A DNA stretch of 58,420 nt from Candidatus Omnitrophota bacterium (GTDB lineage Bacteria > Omnitrophota > Gorgyraeia > Tantalellales > Tantalellaceae). The DNA lies in the NCBI GenBank assembly GCA_043813915.1, contig JBDRKO010000024.1, forward strand, positions 1-58,420. Reading direction: 5' to 3'. The notes beneath the pieces were generated by a model. That model ran no database searches. It was given only the letters and a program-made list of their open reading frames with translations, and was not told the DNA's origin. Positions 7,071 to 15,683 of this stretch are shown one piece after another (position 1 is the stretch's first letter; the number at the start of each line of letters is the position of its first letter). The position numbers and the translations under genes are program-made.

Positions 7071-8375
7071 TCAAAAATCCTGTTTGAATTTCAGCATCAC
7101 TTTATCATCGGCTTGCTGTTTATCCCCGTTTTCCGAGGTTTCAGTTTTCTGTTTTAAGTCCTTTTCGGCGCTGACCGATATATTGTCGGTTATTTTATAC
7201 TCGCCGCCTATTTTATGTCCAATGACCGCATCTTCGCCTTTTTGCTGTGTTTGTTCTACAGCGTAACTGACCGCCGCCTGCTGGGTAATATCTTTTGTAG
7301 CCCCTATTCCGGTGGAAGTTTCATTATGTTTTACCGAAATATCCCGTATTCCGTACTTTTCCGCCATCTTACTGCCGGATCCCGAAAAAATGAAATAGTC
7401 CAAGAAATCTTTAGCGATGTCCGCCGATAATTCCTGACCAATAACAGCCGTTTCGACGCTTTGCCAGGTTTTGTTTGTCGCCAGCATAAGTAGGAGCCTG
7501 TCCTGATCCATCGCGGGTACGGAAGTTAACCTTATTTTAGGCTGATCAAAGGTCCCTTTCGACACAATATTTATCTTGGTCCCCTCAACGGCGGCTTCCC
7601 CTTTCAGATCAAGCGCCGGTCTTTCAGGCTTACCTTCAAAAATAATACTGCTTTCTTTTATATTAACAATAGCTGTTTTCGGACCGGATACCGTTCCGCT
7701 TTTCAGCAAAACATTGCCGCTTAATTTAGGAGCGCTCCCGATCCCTTTCAGCTGTATTTTCATTTCTACGGGACAATCGTTCATAGAAAACCCATTACTG
7801 GATAATTTTGTAACATGAAAACCGCCGTATATTTCCGGTTCGAATAAAGAACCCTTGATATTAATATCTACATCGCTAAGAGCACCCGATATTTTTTTCA
7901 ATGCCCAGGCCCCAGTACATAGGTCCAAAATATCTCGGACACTTATATTCTTAGAATATATATCTATATCCAGTATTCCGTTCTGATAACCGCCATAAAA
8001 AAGTATAGCCTCGGAACCGGAGAATCTTAATGTTCCGTTACGTATTTTGACATTAAGCCCTTTTGAACTGAAAGGATCAAATGATATTTCGGATCTCTGG
8101 ACCTTAAGCGAACTCCCTTTTGGAAGTCCTTTCAGATCGAGGAACTCGACATCCTGATAAACCAAGGTTCCCGCAAGGTTTCCGGTCGTTTCTTTAACGC
8201 TGAATCCGTCTGCCTCGATATATTCCAGGACAATAGGTCTGACGATACAATCCGAACCTTTGGTAGTAAAAACGATATAAGATATCCCTGCCCCGCCTAG
8301 CAAGACGGCGGCAACAATAGCTGCAATAAAGAAATGTTTTGTTCTATTTAAATTGTTCATGTTCATCCTGACCAT
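7071..8375 (-). CDS. TamB-like translocation/assembly module protein (short form, DUF490-type C-terminus)
   Basis: N-terminal TM anchor and repetitive beta-rich segments. C-terminal region is RLTSVPAMDQDRLLLMLATNKTW...AVSYAV...LKFKQDF, typical of the TamB DUF490 end. Only 434 aa, against >1000 aa for canonical TamB. Confidence 0.6.
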   Translation of the reverse strand: MVRMNMNNLNRTKHFFIAAIVAAVLLGGAGISYIVFTTKGSDCIVRPIVLEYIEADGFSVKETTGNLAGTLVYQDVEFLDLKGLPKGSSLKVQRSEISFDPFSSKGLNVKIRNGTLRFSGSEAILFYGGYQNGILDIDIYSKNISVRDILDLCTGAWALKKISGALSDVDINIKGSLFEPEIYGGFHVTKLSSNGFSMNDCPVEMKIQLKGIGSAPKLSGNVLLKSGTVSGPKTAIVNIKESSIIFEGKPERPALDLKGEAAVEGTKINIVSKGTFDQPKIRLTSVPAMDQDRLLLMLATNKTWQSVETAVIGQELSADIAKDFLDYFIFSGSGSKMAEKYGIRDISVKHNETSTGIGATKDITQQAAVSYAVEQTQQKGEDAVIGHKIGGEYKITDNISVSAEKDLKQKTETSENGDKQQADDKVMLKFKQDF

Positions 8376-9579
8376 CGGTGATCAATGGTACATTATTATC
8401 CGGTTTAATGCGTAATTTTACATTGCGGGGAAAAATGTTCACGATAGTATAAGATCCGGGCAATGTCACATCCGATGCTTTTATGGTTAAGTCATAATTT
8501 CCCTCTTCTGTCTCATTCAGATCCTCAATGTCGATGATCTTCACTGAAACTTCAACATCCTTTTTCGAGACAAAATAGAAATTACGTTTGGGAGCCGAAA
8601 GAACGACTTTTACCTCTTTGGGGATCATTTCATCGATATTAAGATCCTTGGCTAAATTAACATACTGGACCGGGACCTCAAAAGATCTATATACAACGGT
8701 TGATTCATGGACGAAGAACCACCATAAAAATACAGAAAGCGCGATAACTATGGTTTTTTGTCTTATGTTTACTGTTATAAAGTTCCCTTTAGAACAGCTC
8801 TCTCCTCCCTTCCCGAGACTTTTATAAAACCTCTCTATCGACTCCTGAAATATCTTTTTTTCTTTTATTATGCTGACTTTTCCGTTCTGAAAGATTGAGA
8901 TCTCTCCTGTTGTTTCAGAAACAACGATACATAAAGCGTCGGTCATCTCCGATAATCCCAAAGCTGCCGCATGTCGGGTGCCTTTACCCTGTAATTGGTT
9001 CATTTCTTTTGAAAGAGGCAGATGAGAGGCGAACTGCAGGACTGTATTGTTTTCGATGATCACCGCGCCATCATGCCCATCGGAATGGGTATCGAAAATA
9101 CTTTTTAGAATGAACGTGCTTAGCTCTCCGTTAAGCGTGATCCCCCTTTGAATATTTCTTAGGATCGCGTCTTTTCCTTTCAGAACAATTATGGCGCCAA
9201 TACGTTTTTTCGCGAAGAAGAGGACAGTATCCGTCAAAATGTCTATTTGAGGCTGCAAGATGCTATCTGCTTTTCTTTTTTTCAGCTTCGGCGTTAAACT
9301 GAAAAGGGCGATCTGTTCGAATAATTTCCTGATCTCTTCCTGAAAAATAACTACGATCGCTACCAGAATAACGGCAAAAAAACCCTGCATCAGCGTAGCT
9401 ACCAACCTAAGACCCAAGATCCTGACGATCAGATAAGCGCTGCTTGATATAATGATGCCCACAAATATAAAGACGGATTTTGTCCTCTTAAACCAGAGAA
9501 AAAGCAGATACAGCAAAAAAGAGACCGTAAGAATATCAACGACATCGATAATGCTCATATCTTTTATGAAATCAAACAT
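8344..9579 (-). CDS. cdaA: diadenylate cyclase CdaA fused to a YbbR-like (CdaR-type) domain region
   Basis: Three N-terminal TM helices and a DAC domain (HDGAVII, GTRHAAALGLSE, IVVSETTGEISIF). These are followed by an extra TM and YbbR-like beta repeats (VPVQYVNLAKDLNI..VKVVLSAP..VEVSVKI). Confidence 0.85.
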   Translation of the reverse strand: MFDFIKDMSIIDVVDILTVSFLLYLLFLWFKRTKSVFIFVGIIISSSAYLIVRILGLRLVATLMQGFFAVILVAIVVIFQEEIRKLFEQIALFSLTPKLKKRKADSILQPQIDILTDTVLFFAKKRIGAIIVLKGKDAILRNIQRGITLNGELSTFILKSIFDTHSDGHDGAVIIENNTVLQFASHLPLSKEMNQLQGKGTRHAAALGLSEMTDALCIVVSETTGEISIFQNGKVSIIKEKKIFQESIERFYKSLGKGGESCSKGNFITVNIRQKTIVIALSVFLWWFFVHESTVVYRSFEVPVQYVNLAKDLNIDEMIPKEVKVVLSAPKRNFYFVSKKDVEVSVKIIDIEDLNETEEGNYDLTIKASDVTLPGSYTIVNIFPRNVKLRIKPDNNVPLITDGQDEHEQFK

Positions 9580-9605
9580 AATTTTGTGTCCTTTTTCATA
9601 GTGTT

Positions 9606-9625
9606 ACGGCATGCCGTGCCCCTAC
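9606..9625. repeat. Partial copy of the GC-rich palindrome family
   Basis: ACGGCATGCCGTGCCCCTAC, 27 nt upstream of the cdaA start. Confidence 0.75.
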
Positions 9626-9656
9626 GTGCATAATACCATGTTCGTTCATTCACGTG

Positions 9657-10490
9657 TTATTTAAACGGTGTTTTCAAAAGACCGGGCCAGTTCTCTCTCC
9701 ATCCTTTGTGATGAGTGCATCCCTTGACCGATATTTCTTGCGCCCGGTTATCGCGGGGCATACTGTCAATAAATCTCTCCGCGATGGACGGGGGAACGGT
9801 CTTATCCTTGTCTCCCGTAAAATGGTTCTGAGGAATACCGGCCACCTTTTCGGATAGGTCTATGGGATTCAGCGACCCGTTAAGCCTGCTCGCTTTATGA
9901 TACCGATTGACCTCTTCATGGTCAAGATTCCCCGCGATCGTCCTTATACTGGATATATCGTTTCTCCTCGCCGCGACTAAGACCGCGACCGCCCCGCCGC
10001 CCGAATATCCTATAAGATCTATATTTTCCGCTCCGGTCCTTTTCTTTAAACGATCTATGACCTGATCGGCGGAGACGATAACAGGTTCTGAAAACCGTTC
10101 CGATGACCAGTATACCGGGTCATATAAAGGTTCTTCTTCCCTGGGTGTATACTGGCAGGGTCTTGCCATATAAACTACGTTCTTAGCCGGATCCATCGCC
10201 GCCAGGTCAAATACCAGAGTGTTTCTCGGGGTAGGATCACCGGACAAACGTCTTTTCTTGATCCATGCCCTGCCGTCACCTTCGATATAGACCGTGATGG
10301 GCATACCGGGTCCCGTGATCCGCGAAAATACCGTGATATTAAAGGTATCGGTCTGTATAAGCTCTTTCACGAACCCTTTTCGTTCCGGTGACAGGTCGAC
10401 AAGGCGTGATGTTCCCGCGCACCCTGAGCACAGAACAGATACGGCGAGTAAAGAACACCATAAAAAAGTTTTAGAATATGCGGTTTTCAT
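9657..10490 (-). CDS. alpha/beta-fold hydrolase, probably exported/lipoprotein
   Basis: Nucleophile elbow GYSGGG within IDLIGYSGGGAVAVLVA. Signal peptide MKTAYSKTFLWCSLLAVSVLCSGC. I place the start at ATG 10490 rather than the 10517 given in the ORF track. Confidence 0.7.
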   Translation of the reverse strand: MKTAYSKTFLWCSLLAVSVLCSGCAGTSRLVDLSPERKGFVKELIQTDTFNITVFSRITGPGMPITVYIEGDGRAWIKKRRLSGDPTPRNTLVFDLAAMDPAKNVVYMARPCQYTPREEEPLYDPVYWSSERFSEPVIVSADQVIDRLKKRTGAENIDLIGYSGGGAVAVLVAARRNDISSIRTIAGNLDHEEVNRYHKASRLNGSLNPIDLSEKVAGIPQNHFTGDKDKTVPPSIAERFIDSMPRDNRAQEISVKGCTHHKGWRENWPGLLKTPFK

Positions 10491-10514
10491 GTGACATCCC
10501 GAGGTAGCCTTTGG

Positions 10515-10585
10515 CATAGAGCATAGCCTTAAACAGTAGCTTCTTTAAAGTAACCAGTTGCCTGTTACCAGTTACCAGTAACTCT
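10515..10585. repeat. Heptamer word arrays (CATAGAG CATAGCC ... TAACCAG TTGCCTG TTACCAG TTACCAG TAACTCT)
   Basis: 7-nt periodicity read directly. The segment AGTAGCTTCTTTAAAGTAACCAGTTGCCTGTT recurs at 29641 and, in diverged form, at 58217. Confidence 0.85.
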
Positions 10586-10670
10586 AACCGAGATTACTTC
10601 GTCGTTCGCTTCGCTCTCTCCCCGCAATGACGGAGGAGAGAACGTCTTCCGCATCTATGCTCGTCATTGC

Positions 10671-11759
10671 GGGCATAATGGTCATAAAGTGTTGGTGCTC
10701 TTTGATATAATAGCTTATAATTACGTTACTTACGATAAAAAAATCGTTATATCTCAAAGGGAGTTGAGAATGTCAAAAAAAAACGATGTCCAACATGTGC
10801 TTCAAAGAATGTAATTTTATATGGAAAAACTAGTTACAATAAGCAACGCTTTTTCTGTCATTTTTGCAATAAATCGTTTGTTTGGCAAAGTAAATTAAAT
10901 AAAATATCTAACGAAAAACACTGGTTTTATCTTTGGGTTAAAGAAGCTTTTTCCCTTAGACAATTAAGTTATATTTCCGGGCATAGCCCGGCTAAACTAA
11001 AACGTATAAAAAATTATTGGCTTAAAAAATCACCACCAGAATATTCGTCATATTCGCGGTGTAAACACATAATTATTGATGGTACCTATTTCCATAAAAC
11101 CGGCTGCATTATTTGTTTAATGGATGTTACATCACAGGATATTATTTCAACCATTTATGTCAACAAAGAGAACTACAAAAATGTATTTCCCTGGCTTAAA
11201 AGACTAAAAGCAAAAGGATTAAAGCCAACCCACATAGTTGTTGATGGAGAAAGATCAGTTATGCGCGCAATAAAAGACACATGGCCAAAGATAACCATAC
11301 AACGTTGCTTGTATCACATACAGCATGAGGGCATGCGCTGGTTACGTACATATCCAAGAACTGACGCAGGCAGAGAATTGCGCCACCTTTTAGGAACATT
11401 ATGCACAATTAGGACTGTCAAAGAACGGAATCAATTTATCGGTACTTTTAATCTCTGGCTAACAACACATAGAGAGTTCATGAAAACATTGCCATTATCG
11501 AATATCGCTTTATCTGATTACGGTAGACACCGAGGATTAACTGAATTAAATAAACGCCAATATCTTAACTGGTATTGCTTTTTAAATAACAAAAATATAA
11601 AAACTAAACATTGTGGATAGTGACACTTTGTGGACATCCTTTCAGGATGACCACAAAGCTTGGATAACTAAAAATCAGTTATCCACACTCCCCACAATAC
11701 TACGACTACTAGTTATCAATTTAGGGCATAAAAAACAACATTCTGTGACCTTTATGCCC
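10671..11759 (+). mobile_element. Insertion sequence (~1.09 kb) with imperfect ~24-bp terminal inverted repeats and 5-bp ATTGC target-site duplication
   Basis: IRL 10671 GGGCATAATGGTCATAAAGTGTTG versus the reverse complement of IRR (11759..11736) GGGCATAAAGGTCACAGAATGTTG, 20/24 identical. ATTGC lies directly outside both ends (10666-10670 and 11760-11764). The single transposase ORF is the only substantial plus-strand gene in the window. Confidence 0.8.
10770..11620 (+). CDS. Transposase with N-terminal zinc ribbon and a MULE/IS256-like DDE core; needs a -1 shift (or one extra A) in an A9 run
   Basis: SD AAGGGAG precedes ATG 10770. ATG TCA then A9 (10775-10783), and frame 0 stops after 13 codons. 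The -1 frame reads KRCPTCASKNVILYGK..FFCHFCNKSF..IIIDGTYF..IVVDGERSVMRAIKDTWP..QRCLYHIQHEGMRW without interruption to 11620. The ORF track shows only the part from the internal Met at 11120. Confidence 0.7.
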
Positions 11760-11785
11760 ATTGCGAGCGCAGCGAAGCAATCTCG

Positions 11786-11853
11786 TCCTTCATCCTTCGT
11801 CCCTCGTCTCTCATCCTTCGTTCATCCCTGACACTTTGACACTCTGACACTTT
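11786..11853. repeat. Heptamer/octamer word arrays (TCCTTCA TCCTTCG TCCCTCG TCTCTCA TCCTTCG ...; GACACTTT GACACTCT GACACTTT)
   Basis: Read directly. The TCCTTCG/TCCCTCG/TCTCTCA block recurs at 26326-26359. Confidence 0.85.
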
Positions 11854-11871
11854 TTTCTCTTCTCCCCTATA

Positions 11872-11913
11872 AGAGAAACGACCCCTGCGAATACTCACAG
11901 GGGTCGTTTCTCT
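11872..11913 (-). terminator. 16-bp perfect hairpin downstream of the autotransporter gene (possible terminator; no clear U-tract)
   Basis: 11872-11887 AGAGAAACGACCCCTG pairs with 11898-11913 CAGGGGTCGTTTCTCT. 10-nt loop. 28 nt past the stop at 11941. Confidence 0.45.
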
Positions 11914-11940
11914 TGTAACGCATTCGTTGATATCTATCTC

Positions 11941-14091
11941 TTAGAAATCATACTTTACCGTTACGGCTCCGGAATGCGCGCTGAAATCCTCTTTCAGTTC
12001 CAGATCGTAATTGAGTATCAGACTGATATTCTTCTGCGTGAGAAGGGTAAGCTGAGCTCCCACATCGAAACTATGCTGCGCGGGATCCGCTCCATTGGTC
12101 TCGAAAGACGCGCCGCCGCCCGTGAACTTTGATGTCGTCTGGGCTTTATCCCCGATAAAATCATAGTACCACGAGGAATGTATCTCCGGTATTATGGTCA
12201 TACTTTTCTCTTTTATCGGATACGCGATCTTAAGTCCGAGCCCTGATTCCAGGACGTCATAATCCTGGTCGGAGATCTTCAGATTAAGAGATCCGGCCCC
12301 TGTTTCCGTATAATCCCCTATGTGAAGACGCGTGTACTGCAGAGACGCTATAGGTGTTATCTCAAAACCTTCTTCCTCGAAAGTATAACCGCCACCCACA
12401 TACCCGGAATACTGCTGTCCGTCATAATCCGATTTAGCCGTCCTTGATGTATCTCCCAGATCGATCTTGCGCGACCCTTCGTAACCATTCCAAGCGAAAG
12501 CGAATACTGTGTCTATGTAGTAAGGACCGCCGTCAAAACTTCCGTATAAAGTCCCCTGATAACTGTCTATATCGGTATTGTTAAGTGTCGCTTTTTTAGG
12601 ATCGACTTCGGTATACGCGTATCCTCCGCTTATCCCGAGCGTCACGTTCTCTGCCGCAAGCACATCGAACCCGAGAGTTGTTCCGTAAGTATAGGATTCA
12701 TATCCCTGTATACCGCTTCGCGTGCCTTGATCGGAGAAATTACCGAATCCTTTTATCCATATATCTTTCTCCTCAAATCCTTCTATCCCGTCTCCGGTAG
12801 AAACGCCTGTATTCCCTGAACGCGCGCTTGAAAGATGCGCGGTTACTGTCCCAAGAGACTGGTTCAGCGCTTCAAGGCTGCCGTCCATGGCCCCGGCGCT
12901 TATATCCGGTGACACGGTATCCATAGCTGTTTCAATCTCTGACGCGGACAGAACATCTATTATGTTAAGAACATCCAGCATATCGCCGGTCGGATTGTCA
13001 GCAAGGTTAGTTTCTAGGGCAGACCCCGCGGCGGAAGCGTTCCCGCCTGAAGCAAGATCTTCGTAAGTGGTTCCGGAACGGGATGCGGTAAGGACTATGT
13101 TGTTACCTACAGATGTAGACGTAAATGAGAGTACCGCACTGTTATCGGTAACTGTCTGTCCTCCGGTTTCTACACCATTAGATTTTATTATTGAATAAGT
13201 AGAGCCATCAGCAACAGCACCTGTTACATTAACATCTACTGCAAGTCCTGCAACAAGAGTAGATCCTGCAGCAGTTGCATCAACAGATCCAGATGCTGTA
13301 GAACTGGAAACATCAAGGGCAAGTTGGCTGGTGTTAACCACAGTGTACACACCGGTTGAAGTGTACGTATAGCCATTGACGTCGAGTTTTCCGGTAGTAG
13401 TATGAGTTGTAGCTCCGCCATTCGCGACACTCTTCGTTAAGTTCAAAGTAGTACCAGTACCAATAGTGGTAAGAGCAGCTGATGCTAGGTCCCCACCTAG
13501 ATTTATAGTTCCCGTAGTAAGTGTAGTAACACCGGTGTAGGTATTATCTGCAGATAAGGTAAGAGTTCCCGCTCCGGTTTTAACAAGAGAACCTCCACCA
13601 CTGATGATGCCGGATATAGTTGTATCAAATCCGCCTGTAACGGTTAGAGCGGTAGCCGCAGCATGAGTTACAGTGCCTCCAAAAACCAATCCACCAACAT
13701 TAGCATTAAACGTTTCAGCGCCGACTAATGTCAAATTAAGGTTCATCGTTTGCGTGTTGGCACTCGAGTTGAGTACGGATGACCCAGCAGAGAGACTAAG
13801 GTCATTGCCGGTAATAGTCATAGAGGGTGCAGTGACAAGGTATTCTATCCCCGTTAATATGTATGGACCAGCAGGAACATCGTTATTGGTTGGGTTTGTA
13901 CCATCGGCGTTTATTGAGATATCATCAACATTACTCGTAGGGACAGCACCACCAACCCAGTTAGTAGCGTCGTTCCAGTCTGCGTCTGTACTACCATCCC
14001 ACACTACCGTAGCACCAAACGCCATTTGCGGCGTAAGCACCATCGCCAGCGCCAGGCAAATACCCAGCATTTTGAATAGATTCTTCCTCAT
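11941..14091 (-). CDS. autotransporter outer-membrane protein (PATR beta-strand repeats plus C-terminal beta-barrel)
   Basis: Signal peptide MRKNLFKMLGICLALAMVLTPQMAFG. Autotransporter-associated repeat GAGTLTLSADNTYTGVTTLTTGTINLGG. C-terminal barrel region has alternating aromatic strands and ends VTVKYDF. Confidence 0.85.
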   Translation of the reverse strand: MRKNLFKMLGICLALAMVLTPQMAFGATVVWDGSTDADWNDATNWVGGAVPTSNVDDISINADGTNPTNNDVPAGPYILTGIEYLVTAPSMTITGNDLSLSAGSSVLNSSANTQTMNLNLTLVGAETFNANVGGLVFGGTVTHAAATALTVTGGFDTTISGIISGGGSLVKTGAGTLTLSADNTYTGVTTLTTGTINLGGDLASAALTTIGTGTTLNLTKSVANGGATTHTTTGKLDVNGYTYTSTGVYTVVNTSQLALDVSSSTASGSVDATAAGSTLVAGLAVDVNVTGAVADGSTYSIIKSNGVETGGQTVTDNSAVLSFTSTSVGNNIVLTASRSGTTYEDLASGGNASAAGSALETNLADNPTGDMLDVLNIIDVLSASEIETAMDTVSPDISAGAMDGSLEALNQSLGTVTAHLSSARSGNTGVSTGDGIEGFEEKDIWIKGFGNFSDQGTRSGIQGYESYTYGTTLGFDVLAAENVTLGISGGYAYTEVDPKKATLNNTDIDSYQGTLYGSFDGGPYYIDTVFAFAWNGYEGSRKIDLGDTSRTAKSDYDGQQYSGYVGGGYTFEEEGFEITPIASLQYTRLHIGDYTETGAGSLNLKISDQDYDVLESGLGLKIAYPIKEKSMTIIPEIHSSWYYDFIGDKAQTTSKFTGGGASFETNGADPAQHSFDVGAQLTLLTQKNISLILNYDLELKEDFSAHSGAVTVKYDF

Positions 14092-14262
14092 AGTCCGATC
14101 CTCCCTTTTTTAACCCGCTTTTTAAGACTTAGGCAACTGAACTTCCTAACAAAACTGACTATTTGTATATGTTTCACATTGATAATATCCCACCCGTATA
14201 TAATAGTCAAGGAATAAAGAGCTTTTTTGGAAACCTATTACCGCGATTTAAGAGCATAGGGC

Positions 14263-14356
14263 AAATAAAGTAACCAGTTGCCTGTTACCAGTTACCAGAT
14301 GAAATAGCGCGCCATTTCTGGTTACCGGTTTCTGGTTACAGGTAACTATTTTATTT
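14263..14356. repeat. Inverted pair of heptamer arrays (TAACCAG/TTACCAG words versus CTGGTTA/CTGGTAA words)
   Basis: Left arm 14263-14298 AAATAAAGTAACCAGTTGCCTGTTACCAGTTACCAG. Right arm 14318-14356 CTGGTTACCGGTTTCTGGTTACAGGTAACTATTTTATTT. Complementary at word level. Confidence 0.85.
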
Positions 14357-14397
14357 CGCCTGCCCCCGCGCTTAGATTTCGAAGAAGATCTACGGGG
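14357..14397. repeat. Copy 1 of a recurring ~40-nt module (CGCCTGCCC..GCTTAnATTTCGAAGAA..ATCT..GGGG)
   Basis: CGCCTGCCCCCGCGCTTAGATTTCGAAGAAGATCTACGGGG. Compare 36079-36118. Confidence 0.65.
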
Positions 14398-14440
14398 ATC
14401 CTTCGTCCCTCTGACTTCTGGCTTTGTTTTACCTATCTAA

Positions 14441-14468
14441 TTAAAAGGGCGGACACACAGGTCCGCCC
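14441..14468 (-). terminator. Rho-independent terminator overlapping the stop of the YkgJ-family gene
   Basis: The minus-strand RNA reads GGGCGGAC-cugugu-GUCCGCCC followed by UUUUAAUU. 8-bp GC-rich stem at 14447-14468. Confidence 0.7.
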
Positions 14469-14851
14469 CTACGACCTTTAAACTTTTTAACTGCTCTCCC
14501 ATACCCCATCCTGCCCTTGAACCTTTCCGCAAGATATTTATCAAGATCTTCCAGTTTCGTAAAAACCTTTCCGTGCTCAAAATCCCCGGTCATGAATTCA
14601 CAGGTCGATACGCTATGTTCGCGGCATATGTCCGGACGCGTACTATATATTCTGCAGCCGTTCTCTTTGGTATGATACCTGCATTCATTCCGGACTTCCA
14701 AATACCACTTCCGTTTATCGATGAAGACATTTATCTCTTTATGGGCCAAGTACCACCTTACGTTCTCAAAATCGTCTTTTTCTTTAGGAGTGTCTATCTG
14801 GAGAACAAAATACTTGCAGCATTTAGCTTCGCATTTCTTACATGACAACAT
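14441..14851 (-). CDS. YkgJ-family (UPF0153) cysteine-cluster protein
   Basis: CxxCxxCC motif (CKKCEAKCCKYF) plus a downstream Cys cluster (NECRYH..GCRIY..PDICREH). I place the start at ATG 14851 (MLSCKKC) with AAGGA 7 nt upstream. The 14881 start in the ORF track abuts a palindrome. Confidence 0.8.
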   Translation of the reverse strand: MLSCKKCEAKCCKYFVLQIDTPKEKDDFENVRWYLAHKEINVFIDKRKWYLEVRNECRYHTKENGCRIYSTRPDICREHSVSTCEFMTGDFEHGKVFTKLEDLDKYLAERFKGRMGYGRAVKKFKGRRGGPVCPPF

Positions 14852-14882
14852 CGATGTCCTTTCAATTATCGCACAGCGCATA

Positions 14883-14908
14883 GTAGGGGCACGGCATGCC
14901 GTGCCCTA
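14883..14908. repeat. GC-rich palindrome family copy (GTAGGGGCACGGCATGCCGTGCCCTA)
   Basis: Near-perfect palindrome centred on GCATGC, 32 nt upstream of the ykgJ-like start. Confidence 0.9.
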
Positions 14909-14959
14909 TAAAAACACCGGTTTCGATAGCGGGTATATGTTCGATAATGGATTTAAAAT

Positions 14960-14983
14960 GGGCACGGCATGCCGTGCCCCTAC
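14960..14983. repeat. GC-rich palindrome family copy (GGGCACGGCATGCCGTGCCCCTAC)
   Basis: Second copy, 77 bp from the first. Overlaps the stop codon of the flavodoxin-like gene. Confidence 0.9.
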
Positions 14984-15549
14984 GTCGCCAGTCTTTTCCC
15001 CATCTTCCCGGCCGCTTCGAGGAATTCCGGATGGTTCATAACGCTTCCTTTACCGTCAAGTCCCGGACAGAAAAGCTCGTCGCTATATTCCGCGTTGATG
15101 GTCGCGAAGAAATGTTTCACAATAGATGACGCGTTAGCGAAAAAATCTTTCCGGTCCGCCGCACCCGCGCAGATAAAGGCTCCCTTGATCCGTTTGCTGT
15201 ATACTTTTTTCTTGAACACATGTTCGGATATCCATACGCTCTGGAACCGGTCTATCATGGTCTTTATCTGAGCGGATAGGCTTCCGAAGAATATCGGCGA
15301 AGCCAATATGATACGGTCACTTTCGTTTATCGCCCTAAAGACCTGGTCCATACCGTCTTTGATAACAGAGAATCCTTCATCGCTGATCTTACTGTATTCT
15401 TCTTCCCTGCAGGGAGAGATATCCAGATCGTTTATCACGATCTTTCTGATCTTTGCGCCGGTCTTTTCGGCCTCTGCCAAAGCTATATCCAAAAGCCTGT
15501 CGGAATTCCCGTCTTTACGGGGGCTGCCGCTTATGCCAAGCACTATCAT
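14980..15549 (-). CDS. flavodoxin-like fold NAD(P)H-dependent FMN reductase family protein
   Basis: MIVLGISGSPRKDGNSDRL..ILASPIFFGSLSAQIKTMIDR is typical of FMN reductase / iron-sulfur flavoprotein-like proteins. ATG 15549 has AGGAGA upstream. The 71-codon extension in the ORF track reads through repeat DNA. Confidence 0.75.
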   Translation of the reverse strand: MIVLGISGSPRKDGNSDRLLDIALAEAEKTGAKIRKIVINDLDISPCREEEYSKISDEGFSVIKDGMDQVFRAINESDRIILASPIFFGSLSAQIKTMIDRFQSVWISEHVFKKKVYSKRIKGAFICAGAADRKDFFANASSIVKHFFATINAEYSDELFCPGLDGKGSVMNHPEFLEAAGKMGKRLAT

Positions 15550-15606
15550 ATATCTCTCCTCTGAACTATTAGCTCTCTCGCGTGGTAAAATTTGGCTTTC
15601 ATCGAT

Positions 15607-15672
15607 CGCATAGCGCGCAGAGCATAGAGCACGCATTTTATTCGTATATCGTATAGCGTATGTCGTATAGCG
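15607..15672. repeat. Heptamer word arrays (CGCATAG CGCGCAG AGCATAG AGCACGC; CGTATAT CGTATAG CGTATGT CGTATAG)
   Basis: 7-nt periodicity read directly at 15607-15634 and 15643-15672. Confidence 0.85.
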
Positions 15673-15683
15673 CGAACAGAAAT

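Noticed and set aside
14896-15271. ORFs starting MPCP... (14896..15129, 14969..15271 and 5379..5648), and the MPCPY/MPRLY N-terminal extensions of 32413..32643 and 46544..47299
   Set aside because: Each ATG is the CATG centre of the GGCATGCC palindrome family, so these starts are repeat artefacts. Downstream ATGs with Shine-Dalgarno sequences were preferred where available.
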